Below, piece by piece: positions 1 to 13,487 of a stretch of DNA of 50,029 bases. The first letter of the stretch is position 1. Every line of letters begins with the position of its first letter. Both the position numbers and the translations under genes were made by a program. Location: positions 1 to 50,029 of the forward strand of contig NW_021834242.1 in the NCBI RefSeq assembly GCF_006345805.1, given 5' to 3'. This DNA comes from Octopus sinensis (taxonomy: Eukaryota). A model generated the notes under the pieces. It did not search any database. It saw only the letters and a program-made list of their open reading frames with translations, and was not told the origin of the DNA.

Positions 1-71
1 AAGGAAACAACAACAACAACAACAATATTAATAATGATAATAATAATAATAATATAATAATAATAATAATA

Positions 72-107
<36 letters not shown>
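1..107. repeat. (CAA)n/(TAA)n microsatellite
   Basis: Direct reading: caacaacaac followed by imperfect taataataa runs. Confidence 0.95.
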
Positions 108-108
<1 letters not shown>

Positions 109-279
109 CATCATTTTCGTATGGCCTTTTAGACATTCACTAGTACAACACTAAGTACAAAACCAAATATATGGCACCCTAGGCATAACACCAGCATGAA
201 CTTCCAACTTGTCTCTTGAGGTCTCTGGGTGAGACTTGAAGTGAACCTGTACTAATGTAAAGCAAAAGTCAAACATAGA
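108..279 (+). mobile_element. 3'-terminal fragment of an R4/Dong-type retrotransposon (family B)
   Basis: Similar to the reverse complement of the 3' UTR at 6754-6905 (gtctcttgaggtctctgggtgagactt; gcaaagtcaaacatagaa). It is followed by a (TGA)n(TAA)n tail. Confidence 0.85.
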
Positions 280-300
280 ATGATGATGATGATGATAATG

Positions 301-337
<37 letters not shown>

Positions 338-2059
338 TAATAATAATAATAATAATAATAATAAGAGAGAACACCGGGGGACATTTAAGATGTAAGAAGG
401 AAAATACAGAGCTCCGAAATCTATCCACAAGCATCGAAAACAAGGACATCCTATGGAGCCAAAGATTTACTAACAAAGAATTGGACTGTATCCGAGTAAG
501 TAATACTAATTGAAATTTATTACTATTTTCGAAACGAAATGATGTATTTTGACTCGACATCATCTCCACCTCTAACACAACACATGTAAACATACGTGGA
601 ACATCACGATCATCCCCGACCCCAAACACCATGTACAAAGGAACGACGAAGAAATTAAATGCCACCGATACTATTCAACCCAAGAATAACAATCGAGCGG
701 TACGTACATTAAACTTACAGCAAAATATGCACGAAAAACTACACGTGCGAAATAATGTGACAACAGAAATAAACGGACCGGTACCCTACGAAAATGACGA
801 CCGTCAAAATAATGGGCCGGACGTTGTACCTCATGTCCCGCAAATAAAACCCAAAAGGACATGTGAGGAATACATTTCTATCTTACACGCATACTTCACA
901 GCAGTGCTCTACCCAAAAAAATGAAAATACAACAACACATACATATAAAATATGGAAGGAAAATAATAGAGATATAGACCTGGCTACAGCAATGAACCCT
1001 AATAAATTAGCTAACGTACGAAGATACATTCTCAACACAAAAAAATATCAGAAATATAAATAGAACATCTAAAAGAAAAAATACACCAGGAAAATGTAGA
1101 TAGAAGCCACACAACAATGCCCAATAATATAAACACTGAAACTGTAAAACACGAAGACAAACGCAACATTCCCAACAAACACGATGTAAACAACGAAGGG
1201 GAGCCTAATGATTATGATAATATAAAAATAAAATAATCAAAGAACTGAAAACCACAGAGCTCAAAATGGACCACCGACCATACCTCCCAAGAATCAAAAT
1301 AAACGAAATAACAACACCAATTATAAACAGCATAAACCTAGCCGTCACTGAACTAATAGCCACTGAAACAAAAAAAAGTGATATCACTGAGCTGAATGAC
1401 TTAATATACGCAGCAGCCACTGCAGCCACAAAAGAAGCTGGATACTCACCCAACCCACCCAAACAGGAGTACCACCACCCAAACAAACTGTAGATAAATA
1501 ACATCCAAAACAAAATAAAAAAAATTAGAAAAGACCTGTCGATTCTTATGAAATCAGCAAACAATCAATGCTACTGAGCAACAAAAAGAAAACAAAAATA
1601 CTCCGCAAATATAACATCACAGAGAAAGATTTGCCTGAGATAAAAGAAAAGCTGAAGCAAGATAAGCACAAAGGATCCGCCGGTACGAGAAACGCCAATG
1701 CTTCTTTGAACAAAACAAAAAGTTCAACCCCAACCCCAAAAAGTTCTACCAAGACTGGTCAAAAATAAAATAGAAGTCACTGAAGCACCAACGGCAGAAG
1801 AATTGGAAGAATTCTGGAGAGAAATATGGTCGGCGAACGAACAACCAAGAAAAGGAGTATCAAAATAACAAACTCGGCATCTGAACAACTTTGGACCCCC
1901 ATAACAACTGAAGAGGTCACCCAGGCACTGCAAAGACTAAGCAACTGGAAGGCACCTGGGCATGACAAGATCCCCAACTTCTTTGGTTGAAATATCTAAC
2001 AGGAATGCACAAAAAGCTAGCTGAAAAACTTTAACAACATACTAGCAGAGCCAGAGACA

Positions 2060-2924
2060 ATGCCTGAATGGCTCACGAAGGGGAAAACCATCTTAATTTC
2101 CAAATCAAATGAAACAGAAAAACCAGAAAACTACAGACCAATAACCTGCCTCCCTACCATGTTCAAGGCATTTACTGCAGTGATATCACAAAGGCTGAAC
2201 AAGCACCTGGACGAAAACAAACTGTTCCCAGAAGAGCAGAAAGGATGCCGCAAAGGCTCATATGGCTGTAAAGATCAACTAATGATTAATAAAGCCATAA
2301 CTGAAGACAGCCACAGAAAGAAGAAAGGCTCAGTATGGCCTGGATTGACTACAAAAAGGCGTTTGATAGCATCCCCCACACATGGATCCTCGAAACACTA
2401 GCCATTAACAAAGTAGCACCAACAATCATAAAATTCATAGAGCACTCTATGAATAAATGGCAAACAGTCCTACACCTCCAAACAAAAGAGGGACTCATGA
2501 AAACCAAAGACATCCCCATTAGAAGAGGATATTCCAGGGAGACACGCTCTCTCCACTCCTTTTCTGCTTGGCACTGTCACCTCTATCTGATATACTAAAT
2601 AGAACTGGATGCGGATATAAATGTTACGGCAAAACGATCAGCCACCTTTTATATATGGATGACCTAAAACTATACGCTGCAAATGACAAACAGCTGGAAA
2701 CACTATTAAAGACAGTTCATGGATTTACCAAAGAAATAGATATGAAATTTGGATTAGAAAAATGCGCCAAAGTAACCATGAAAAGAGGAAAACTAGTTAA
2801 GAGTAACAACATCACACTAGATAAAACCAATGAAATAAAAGAATTAGACCAAAGCCAAACTTACAAATACTTAGGAATACATGAACTAGATAAGACACAA
2901 CACACACAAATGAAAGAGAAATAA
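2060..2924 (+). pseudogene. Reverse transcriptase domain of family A element (frameshifted)
   Basis: ORFs 2060-2401, 2335-2598 and 2568-2924 overlap in different frames and together give the RT motifs, including YMDD. Confidence 0.9.
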
Positions 2925-3426
2925 AAAAAGAATATTATAGACGAGTTAGATCAATACTAAAAACAGAGCTCAATGCTAAAAACAAGATAATAGGTATCAA
3001 CACTTTAGCTCCCAGTTATAAGTTACAGCTACAATATCCTTAACTGGACACGAAATGAACTGACCAAAATGGATAGGAAAACAAGAAAAATAATGACAGG
3101 ATCTACGATGCATCACCCAAAATCTGACATAGAAAGACTATATATACAACGTATAGAAGGTGGTAGAGGCCTTATACAGCTGGAAAACTACTATAAAATA
3201 ACCACCATAGGACTGCAAAAATATCTACTTCAGAAGGAAGGAAAACTGATCCAGATAGCGGCAAAACACGAGCAAAACAAACACTGTTCTCAGTATTTAA
3301 GGAAGCTGACGAATACAAACAAGAAATCATACCACCTAATAAACATGAAGAAGAAGAAGAAGATGAAGAAACAACAAAAGCTATAAAACAAATGAAATCC
3401 AACTAAAAATAGAACAGCAACGAACC

Positions 3427-4200
3427 ATGATAAAACGATGGCAAGAAAAGCCCCTTCATGGTAAATACTGGACTAAACTAAACGCAAAAGAAATAGACAA
3501 AGAAAAATCCCAGCAATGGTTGAGAAGCTCAGGACTCAAAGCAGAAACAGAGGGATTTTTAATTGCAGCACTAGACCAAAGCCTCCCCACCAGAATTACC
3601 AAAAACATGTAATGAAAAGAAATATTACAAGTAACTGCAGAATATGTGGAGATGGACAAGAAACAATAAATCATATTATCTCTAGCTGCCCAGTCTTGGC
3701 TAAGAAGGAATATATTCACAGACATGACAGAGTTGGAACCTACATACATTGGAAGCTATGCCAACATTATGGAATAACAACAGAAAAAAGATGGTATAGG
3801 CACACACCAGAAAAGGTCACAGAAAACGAGAAAGCAACCATACTCTGGGATATGCCGATACACACAGATAGAGAAATTAAGGCCAACAGACCAGATATAG
3901 TTGTCAGAGATCATGAAGAAAAAAAATGCTTTCTAATTGATGTATCAATACCGGCAGATGACAACGTGTCTCTAAAAGAAATGGAGAAACTTTCAAAATA
4001 CAAAGACCTGGAAATAGAGGTAACTAGAAGTGGAATCTGAAAACAGAAACAATTCCTATCATAGTAGGTGCATTAGGCATGATAAAAAATATTCAGACAA
4101 AAATACATAACAAAAACACCAGGACTTACAAACACATATAACATACAGAAAATTGCACTACTAGGCACTGCACACATCCTACGCAGAACACTTTCCTTAC
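3427..4200 (+). pseudogene. Zinc knuckle plus restriction-like endonuclease of family A element
   Basis: KPLHGKY, WLRSSGLKAETEGF, CxxC-H-C, RHDRV, RPDIVV and KYKDL motifs. Confidence 0.9.
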
Positions 4201-4302
4201 AATAACTATCTGAGCATCACAACAAATCACAGCACATATTCAAGGCACACAGAGCTGTGCTCGGTAGTGAAGTGAAAGCACGCTATAAAAATAAAACTAC
4301 TG

Positions 4303-4490
4303 AATAATAATAATAATAAAAATGTCCTGATGCAGTGCCGGGCAGTGGCTCTCCATTATTATTATTTTATTATTATTATTTATTATTATTATATTATTAT
4401 TATGATTATTATATTATTATATTATCATTATTATCATTATTATCATTATTATCATTATTATCATTATTCTTATTATTATTATTATCATTA

Positions 4491-4535
<45 letters not shown>

Positions 4536-4578
4536 CATATTATTATTATTATCATTATTATCATTATTATTATTATTA

Positions 4579-4612
<34 letters not shown>

Positions 4613-4839
4613 CATTATTATCATTATTATCATTATTATCATTCAGTAGTTTTATTTTTATAGCGTCCATTATTATTATTAGTATATTATTATTATTATT
4701 TATTATTATTATTATTATTATTATATATTATTATTATTATTATCATTATTATCATTATTATCATATTATTATTATTATCATATTATCATTATTATCATTA
4801 TTATCATTATTATCATTATTCTTATTATTATTATCATTA

Positions 4840-4875
<36 letters not shown>

Positions 4876-4922
4876 CATTATTATCATTATTATCATTATT
4901 ATTATTATTATCATTATTATCA

Positions 4923-4957
<35 letters not shown>

Positions 4958-4985
4958 ATCATTATTATCATTATTATCATTATTA

Positions 4986-5020
<35 letters not shown>

Positions 5021-5048
5021 GTAATTATTATTATTATTATTATTATTA

Positions 5049-5102
<54 letters not shown>
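4303..5102. repeat. Long degenerate (TAA)n to (ATT)n/(CATTATTAT)n array with two short unique islands
   Basis: Direct reading. Polarity switches from TAA to ATT at ~4320-4355; islands at 4321-4354 and 4643-4668. Confidence 0.95.
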
Positions 5103-5103
<1 letters not shown>

Positions 5104-5876
5104 TTTTTTTTTCTTCTTTCAAATTTGCTTCTATTTCTTGCCGAGTGTCTTCTCAACTCCTAGGGCAAAGAAACTCATAGTGTATATTGGAAGGCCATTA
5201 AACCAAACTCAATAGTTCGTTCATTTTTTTTTCTTTAATTTATTTTTTTTTTTAAAGTTAAATTAAAATACACGAGCAGCAACAGTTCTCACATCGACAA
5301 TGCTCTTCTCAATACGTATGATGTACCAGTTAAGACAATCTTTTGCACTTCTTGCAGGGATGGTAAGCCCGGGACCATTCTCCTATAATTTTCGGTTCCC
5401 TTCTTGATCATTCCTAGTGCTCCTACGATCACTGGTATTGTAACCGCCTTGAGATGCCACATTTTCTCAATTTCAATGAGTTGGTCTTTATATTTTCTGA
5501 GCTTGTCAAACTCCTTCGCTGAGATATTATGATCACAGGGGATGCTCATGTCGATCAATAATCAAACTTTATTGTTTTGGTCTTTCACAACAATATCTGG
5601 TTTATTGGCCTTGATGGTTCGGTCTGTATGTACTGGAAAGTCCCACAGAATGGTTACATTTTCTCCTTCAGTTACAGCCTCAGGGTGGTGATTATACCAC
5701 TTGTCGGCAGTTTTGATATTGTAATGCCGACTTATTAGCCAGTGGAGATATTGGCCAACTCTGCCATGTCTTAATTTATACTCCACTGGTGCTAAGACTT
5801 TACATCCAGAGATTAGGTGGTCCACTGTTTCAATCATGTCGTTGCATAATCGGCATTTTGGGTCTGCTCCATTTTT
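5103..5876 (-). mobile_element. 5'-truncated R4/Dong copy (family C)
   Basis: Near-identical to 8207-8975; encodes the RLE C-terminus (ORFs 5562-5837, 5289-5558); A-rich 3' end abuts (TAA)n on its sense strand. Confidence 0.92.
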
Positions 5877-5891
5877 TTATTATTATTATTA

Positions 5892-5943
<52 letters not shown>

Positions 5944-5950
5944 GTTTTTA

Positions 5951-6710
5951 TTTTTTTTTCTAAATTTGCTATCATTTCTTGCCGAGTGTCTTCCCGACTC
6001 CTAGGGCAAGAAACTCATAGTATACATTGGTAGGCCATTAAACCAAACTCAGTAGTTCGTTCATTTTTTTTTTTTTTAAAGTTAAATTAAAATACATGAG
6101 CAGCAACAGTTCTCACATCGACAATGCTCTTCTGAATACGTGTGATGTACCAGTTAAGACAATCTTTTGCACTTCTTGCAGGGATGGTAAGCCAGGGATC
6201 ATTCTCATATAATTTTCGGTTCCCTTCTTGATCAAACCTCTGCACGGCAAATATGTGACCCGCAGAAAACAAGCTGATGTTGACCAGAAGCAAACCCATT
6301 AGTGGCTACGGAGCTCAGGGCTAAAAGCAGAGAGCCAAGGTTTCATCCTGGCTGCTCAAGATCAAAGCCTATTAACTCGGAACTACCAGGCCAATGTGAT
6401 GAAAAATGGAGCAGACCCAAAATGCCGATTCTGCATATCTGGTTTATTGGCCTTGATGGTTCGGTCTGTATGTACTGGAAAGTCCCACAGAATGGTTACA
6501 TTTTCTCCTTCAGTTACAGCCTCAGGGTGGTGATTATACCACTTGTCGGCAGTTTTGATTGTAATGCCGACTTATTAGCCAGTGGAGATATTGGCCAACT
6601 CTGTCATGTCTTAATTTACACTCCACTGGTGCTAAGACTTTACATCCAGAGATTAGGTGGTCCACTGTTTCAATCATGTCGTTGCAGAATCGGCATTTTG
6701 GGTCTGCTCC
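5951..6710 (-). mobile_element. Rearranged 5'-truncated R4/Dong copy (family C) with an internal inverted segment at 6234-6435
   Basis: 5951-6234 matches 8207-8514. 6234-6435 is the reverse complement of ~8948-9149. 6435-6710 matches ~8697-8970. Confidence 0.9.
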
Positions 6711-6720
6711 CTTTTTTTTA

Positions 6721-6753
<33 letters not shown>

Positions 6754-6754
<1 letters not shown>

Positions 6755-7997
6755 TATGTTTGACTTTGCTTTATATTGTACAAGTTGGCTCCAAGTCTCA
6801 CCCAGAGACCTCAAGAGACAACAGGGTTGGAAGTTCATGTTGTTGTTATGCCTAGTGTGCCATATATTTGGGGGGTGGAGAGTGTTGTACTAATGAATGT
6901 CTAAAAAAAAAAAAGGTTTTTTTTTTTTGAAACCGAAAATTATGTTTGTTTTAAACCTTGAGATTACATAGAGAGTATTTTGCGTAGGTTATGAGCAGTT
7001 CCCATGAGCACTATCTTTTGAACTTCTGCCATTTTGGGGTTTCCTGGTATCTGAGTTAGGTAGCTATCAGCCCCTTTTGCTATCATTCCCAGGGCACCTA
7101 TGACAACAGGTATTGTTTTAGTCTTCAGCTTCCACATTTTGCTTATTTCTATTTCAAGATCTTTATATTGCTCAGTTTTTGGTAGGTCTTGACAGATACG
7201 TTTATATCGATTGGGACAGTCATATCAATGAGGAGGCATGTTCTTTGTTTGAAGTCTTTCAATATGATGTCTGGCCTATTTGCATCTATCTTCCTGTCAG
7301 TTTGAATGGTGAAGTTCCAGAGGAGTGAGATGTGGTCATTTTCAAGCACTGGGGGTGGTTTGTGTTCCCACCAGTTTTTTTCATGGGGAAAATCCAGGTT
7401 TTTACAAGATACCCAGTGAATATATTGTGCAGCTCTATCGTGCCTGTTGAGATACTCTGTAGGCGCTAGAAGACTGCACTTGGAGACCACATGGTCAATG
7501 GTTTCATTTTGTTGCTTGCATACACGACACGTTGGACTGCTTCTGATCTTTAATATGTTGGCCTGGTAGTTTCTTGTTGGTAGGCATTGATCTTGAGCTG
7601 CTATGATAAACCCCTCTGTTTCAGATTTTAAGCCAGAGGCCATTAGCCATTGATGGGTCAGGGCTTTGTCGATATCTGCATTATTCGCTCTCTTTGGGTA
7701 TTTGCCATAGAGAGGTTTTTCTTGCCATTTATTATTCAGAATATCCTAGGCCGCAGTTTTGGCACGGGTTTTCATGCGCCTAGCTTTTTCTGTGCTTGTT
7801 TCTTGTATATCTATCTCTAATTCCGAAATTGGTTGTATTCGGAATTCACTTAGATATTCCTTTGCCTGTTTTGTGACTGAGTATGATGCTTTCTTGTTTT
7901 CATGTTTTGAGACAAGTTTTAACATCCAGTCCTCAGAGTTTTTCAGGTAGGTGTCTAGGCCAATTGTAGCAATCTTCATTGTTATTGCCAGTTGCCA

Positions 7998-7999
<2 letters not shown>
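6754..7999 (-). mobile_element. 5'-truncated R4/Dong copy (family B)
   Basis: ORFs 7746-7979 and 7149-7643 (GLKSETEGFIIAAQDQ, CRVCKQQNETIDHVVSKC, RHD, RPDIILKD, LIDMTVP). The 3' UTR differs from families A and C. Confidence 0.92.
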
Positions 8000-8043
<44 letters not shown>

Positions 8044-8101
8044 TATTATTATTATTATGATCTTATCATTATTATCATTATTATCATTATTATCATTATT
8101 A

Positions 8102-8167
<66 letters not shown>

Positions 8168-8206
8168 TATTATTATTATTATCATTATTATTATTATTAT
8201 TATTAT
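8000..8206. repeat. (ATT)n/(CATTATTAT)n microsatellite
   Basis: Direct reading. Confidence 0.95.
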
Positions 8207-11200
8207 TTTTTTTTTTCTTCTTTCAAATTTGCTTCCATTTCTTGCCGAGTGTCTTCTCGACTCCTAGGGCAAAGAAACTCATAATGTATATTGGTACGCC
8301 ATTAAACCAAACTCAATAGTTCGTTCATTTTTTTTCATTTAAAAAAAGTTTTTTTTTTAAAGTTAAATTAAAATACATGAGCAGCAACAGTTCTCACATC
8401 GACAATGCTCTTCTCAATACGTATGATGTACCAGTTAAGACAATCTTTTGCACTTCTTGCAGGGATGGTAAGCCAGGGATCATTCTCATATATTTTCGGT
8501 TCCCTTCTTGATCATTCCTAGTGATCCTACGATCACTGGTATTGTAACCGCCTTGAGATGCCACATTTTCTCAATTTCAATGAGTTGGTCTTTATATTTT
8601 CTGAGCTTGTCAAACTCTTTCGCTGAGATATTATGATCACAGGGGATGCTCATGTCGATCAATAAGCAAACTTTATTGTTTTGGTCTTTCACAACAATAT
8701 CTGGTTTATTGGCCTTGATGGTTCGGTCTGTATGTACTGGAAAGTCCCACAGAATGGTTACATTTTCTCCTTCAGTTACAGCTTCAGGGTGGTGATTATA
8801 CCACTTGTCGGCAGTTTTGATATTGTAATGCCGACTTATTAGCCAGTGGAGATATTGGCCAACTCTGTCATGTCTTAATTTATACTCCACTGGTGCTAAG
8901 ACTTTACATCCAGAGATTAGGTGGTCCACTGTTTCAATCATGTCGTTGCAGAATCGGCATTTTGGGTCTGCTCCATTTTTCATCACATTGGCCTGGTAGT
9001 TCCGGGTTGATAGGCTTTGGTCTTGAGCAGCCAGGATGAAACCTTCGCTCTCTGCTTTTAGCCCTGAGCTCCGCAGCCACTGATGGGTTTGCTTCTGGTC
9101 AACATCAGCTTGTTTGCTGCGGGTCACATATTTGCCGTGTAGAGGTTTCTCCTCCCACCTATCAGCCAATTACTCGTGCGCTTTTTTCATTGCCATCATT
9201 TTCACCTTCTTTGCAACAATAGTTGCCGTTCTTCCCTCGGGTTGTTCAGTTTGGGTATCCTGCACGAGATCAATAGCAAATTTTTTGCTTTCCTTTATGA
9301 TAGAATGAAGCTTCTTTCGTCTCTCGTGATTTTCCACGAGCTTTAGCATCCAGTCATTCGATATTTCGAGATATTTGGCCAGTCCAATTGTGGTTGTTTT
9401 GTAAGCTAGTTCAAATTGGATCAGGCCTCGACCTCCTTGGACTCTGGGAAGGTAAAGGCGATCTACGTCTGCCTTTGGGTGGTGCATCCTATTACAACTC
9501 AGCAGCTTGCGTATTTGTCTATCTATATTCTTTACTTCACTCATATTCCAGTTCAACACATTGTAGCTATAAGTAACAACTGGAACTGCTAGGAATTTAA
9601 GCTAACACCTTGTTACGTGCATTTAGTTCAGATTTCAGGACTGCACGAACTCTCCTATAACATTCCTTCCTGATTTTCTCTTTCATGCTTGCATGCTGAA
9701 TACCAGAGCCTTCATTTATCCCTAAATATTTGTATGTTGTTCTTGCTCAAGCTCTCTTATGACTGTGTCAACATCTAACACGACTGAATTTGTGGTCTTC
9801 ACACTTTCCCTTTCTGGAAAGTGGCCTTGGCACACTTCTCAAGTCCAAACTCCATCCCGATGTCATCGCTGAATGCTTTCACGGTGCGCAATAGGCGTTC
9901 AAGTTCATTATTGTCTTTACCATAAAGTTTTAAGTCATCCATATAAAATAGATGGCTTATTTTTTATTGGCAATTTTATACCCATACCCTGTTCTGTTTA
10001 ATTCACTTGTAAGGGGTATTAGGGCTATGCAGAATATTAAAGGTGAAAGTGAGTCACCTTGAAAAATTCCACAGTTGATGTTTATATTTTCTGAGGCAAG
10101 TACTCCATTAGAGTGGTATAATTGGAGATTCGTATTCCACAACGACATATTGTGCTTCAGGAAGTTTGAAATCACAGGGGAAATTTTGAAGATGTCCAGC
10201 GATCTCAAGATCCATGGATGCGGTATACTGTCGAAGGCCTTTTTATAGTCAATCCATGCGGTGCTGAGATTTCTGCGCTTGTTGTGACAGTTCTCAAGGA
10301 TCATACGATTGATTAGCAGTTGATCTTTGCATCCGTAAGAGCCTCGGCGGCACCCTTTTTGTTCAATGGGGAAAATATCGTTCTTCTCCATGAATGCATA
10401 TGTTTTCTCCGCCAGGATAGATGTTAGGATTTTATAACGTGGTGGATAGACAGGTTATAGGCCGATAGTTTTTTGGAAGGTTGGTTTCGTTATTCTTTGG
10501 GAGTAGGTAAGTAATGCCACTTGCTAACCATTCAGGTGTTTTCTTTGGGTCTCTCATAATTCCATTGAGCAGCTGAACTAGCTTACCGTGTGCGCACGGG
10601 AGCGATGCGAGCCAGAAATTCGGCACCCTATCTTTACCGGGGGATTTCCAATTATGGGCCTTCGTGAGTGCCTTTCTTAGGTCTGCTATTGTGATGTCTT
10701 CCCATGCTTGTTGTTGTAAATTTTGGTAGGATCCTTCAGTTTGTATAATCCAGTCTGCATTTATGTTGTACGTCTTCTTGTCACTCCAAATCCTTTTCCA
10801 AAAGATTTGAACTTCTTCCATGGGAGGGGGGTCTTTAACGGTTACTTTCTCCTTCCCTATTTCTCTGTAGAATTTTTTGGCATTGGATGTGAACAGCTTA
10901 TTTTGCTTGTAAAACTTGTTTCTCTTCTCAAGTCTTCGTGTTCTTTGGGCTTTTGCTTGGACTTTTTGTTTCAGCGTTTCTTTTATTGATATCAGTTCTT
11001 CTCTTGGTGAGGATCCAAATTTTCTCTTCATCTTTCTTCCTATTCTGGATCTTACATCATTTCCACATATTAGTTCATTTAATATTGATATTTCCCCTCT
11101 CATAAATTCAATCTCTTTTTCAATTTTACTTCTCCAGGTTTGATTTCTTCCCAGGTTTTGTTTTCTTTGTTTTTTCGGGGGCATACAGCTGGTTTCAATT

Positions 11201-12130
11201 GCCCTAGCAGAAGCGTAAATAATTTCGTTTAACTCAGTAAAATCAGGTTTTAATTCTCGCATTATTTCATTTGTTACATAGTTGCCAATTTGGATTTGTT
11301 TTTTATTTTGGTTTGTATTTGAGAGTTTATGAAGCGGTTCTCTATCATTCATACTTGTATGTCTTACAACTTCAAGCGTATTCAGGATTTTCTGCCTCAT
11401 TTCTGCCCATAGACTCTCTGTGTTCTTCAGCAAATGCGAGATCTTCAGTTACTGTTGTTGTTTTTTCGTTTTCCTGGCTATCTTTAACAGGTACAATAGA
11501 ATTTCTTGTATCTTCAGGCCTTTGCGTACTTTTGTCAGATGGCAGTCTTTCAATTAAGCCTCGTGGCGGGCTATACTGTTCATCTGATTCTTCATTTCCT
11601 TTGTGTCTTATATTTATGTCATTTTCCGTTGCGTGCTTGATCGCGCTTATTTCACTGTCTGTGAGTCTGTATTTCTAAAGATATCCCTCCTCACATTTGC
11701 TAATTTGTTCTCGTCCAAATAGGGCCTACTGTATTGATTCCGTGTTCTCCATATACTGTAAGAGTTTGCGGTGTGTCTCTCTGAGATGGCCTACCTAATG
11801 CATAGTAATAAGCGTATAATACTTCTTTATACTCTTCTCGGGTCCATTTGTTCCGCTTACATTTTTCTTTCTGTGGTGGTTGTGGTGGTGAACTTGGAGG
11901 GCTCGAGTTGGGGGATTTCCCGTTCAAGTGACCATCCATGTCCGTATTCGGAGAAGAGTTTGTGCCAGTTGATGACTTTTCGATCCCAGGCTGGCTCTTC
12001 CCTGGGGGACGCGCTTCCAGATTAACCATAGGACAAGCGATTGGTATAATGATTTAGTTTTCCTTTTAGTTTCCAAAAACATTTTGGTGCTACGATAATG
12101 TTATCATTTTTTAGCTTTGATTGGCTCGTT
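8207..12130 (-). mobile_element. Full-length-sized R4/Dong-clade retrotransposon (family C), several frameshifts
   Basis: Collinear ORFs 11700-12029, 10432-11433, 9957-10391, 9170-9559 and 8486-9169 give the N-terminal domain, RT (NYRPITCL, EQKGCRRG, WIDYKKAFDS, GIFQGDSLSPL; YMDD near 9930), HPKADVDRLY, CCHC and RLE. ATT arrays on both sides. Confidence 0.94.
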
Positions 12131-12857
<727 letters not shown>

Positions 12858-13246
12858 TCGATTTTTCTGCGATATTTTTTGAAAATTCACATAGATTTTC
12901 CCTACACCGACGTTGGACATCAAGTTTGCATTAAATGTCAAACTAACGACCTTTTGTCAATGCAGTTAACAAGTATTGAAGAAATCGACAAAACCATATC
13001 ACTTTGAGACCGACCATGCGAACCTACAAAACTGACTTTTGTTAAATAGTTGGCGGATTTCAGGCGATTTAGTCGATTTTTGCCGCTTTTATCATAAAGG
13101 TTACTAGAAATGGCATATATTTTCCTTTTGCTTCAAATCCGAGCAATGTTGGGCTGTAGATGCGTTAAGTTAGGATTAGGTAGGGCTTAGCTGTGGTCCG
13201 AACCCAACTTGTGTTCGAGGGGGCAACGGCGGGCTATGCTGCTAGT
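12858..13246 (+). mobile_element. Possible 3' end of a non-autonomous Helitron-like element
   Basis: Ends gggcaacggcgggctatgctgCTAG|t next to (TA)n, with a short cgaac...gttcg hairpin ~25-40 bp upstream. This fits the Helitron hairpin plus CTRR rule. No 5' TC end identified. Confidence 0.45.
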
Positions 13247-13256
13247 ATATATATAT

Positions 13257-13312
<56 letters not shown>

Positions 13313-13333
13313 ATTATATATTTATATATATTA

Positions 13334-13378
<45 letters not shown>

Positions 13379-13384
13379 ATTATA

Positions 13385-13436
<52 letters not shown>

Positions 13437-13487
13437 TATATATATATATATATGGTGTGTGTGTGTGTGTATGTGTGTGTGTGTGCT
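13246..13487. repeat. (TA)n then (TG)n compound microsatellite
   Basis: Direct reading. Confidence 0.97.

Larger units (their letters stand above)
365..4302 (+). mobile_element. Near full-length degenerate R4/Dong-clade non-LTR retrotransposon (family A), ~3.9 kb
   Basis: Collinear frameshifted ORF pieces: N-terminal MNPNKLANVRRYIL; RT motifs NYRPITCL, EEQKGCRKG, WIDYKKAFDSIPH and YMDDLKLY; RLYIQRIEGGRGL; CCHC knuckle CRICGDGQETINHIISSC; RHD and RPDIV...LIDVSIP...KYKDL restriction-like endonuclease. Flanked by (TAA)n on both sides. Confidence 0.93.
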
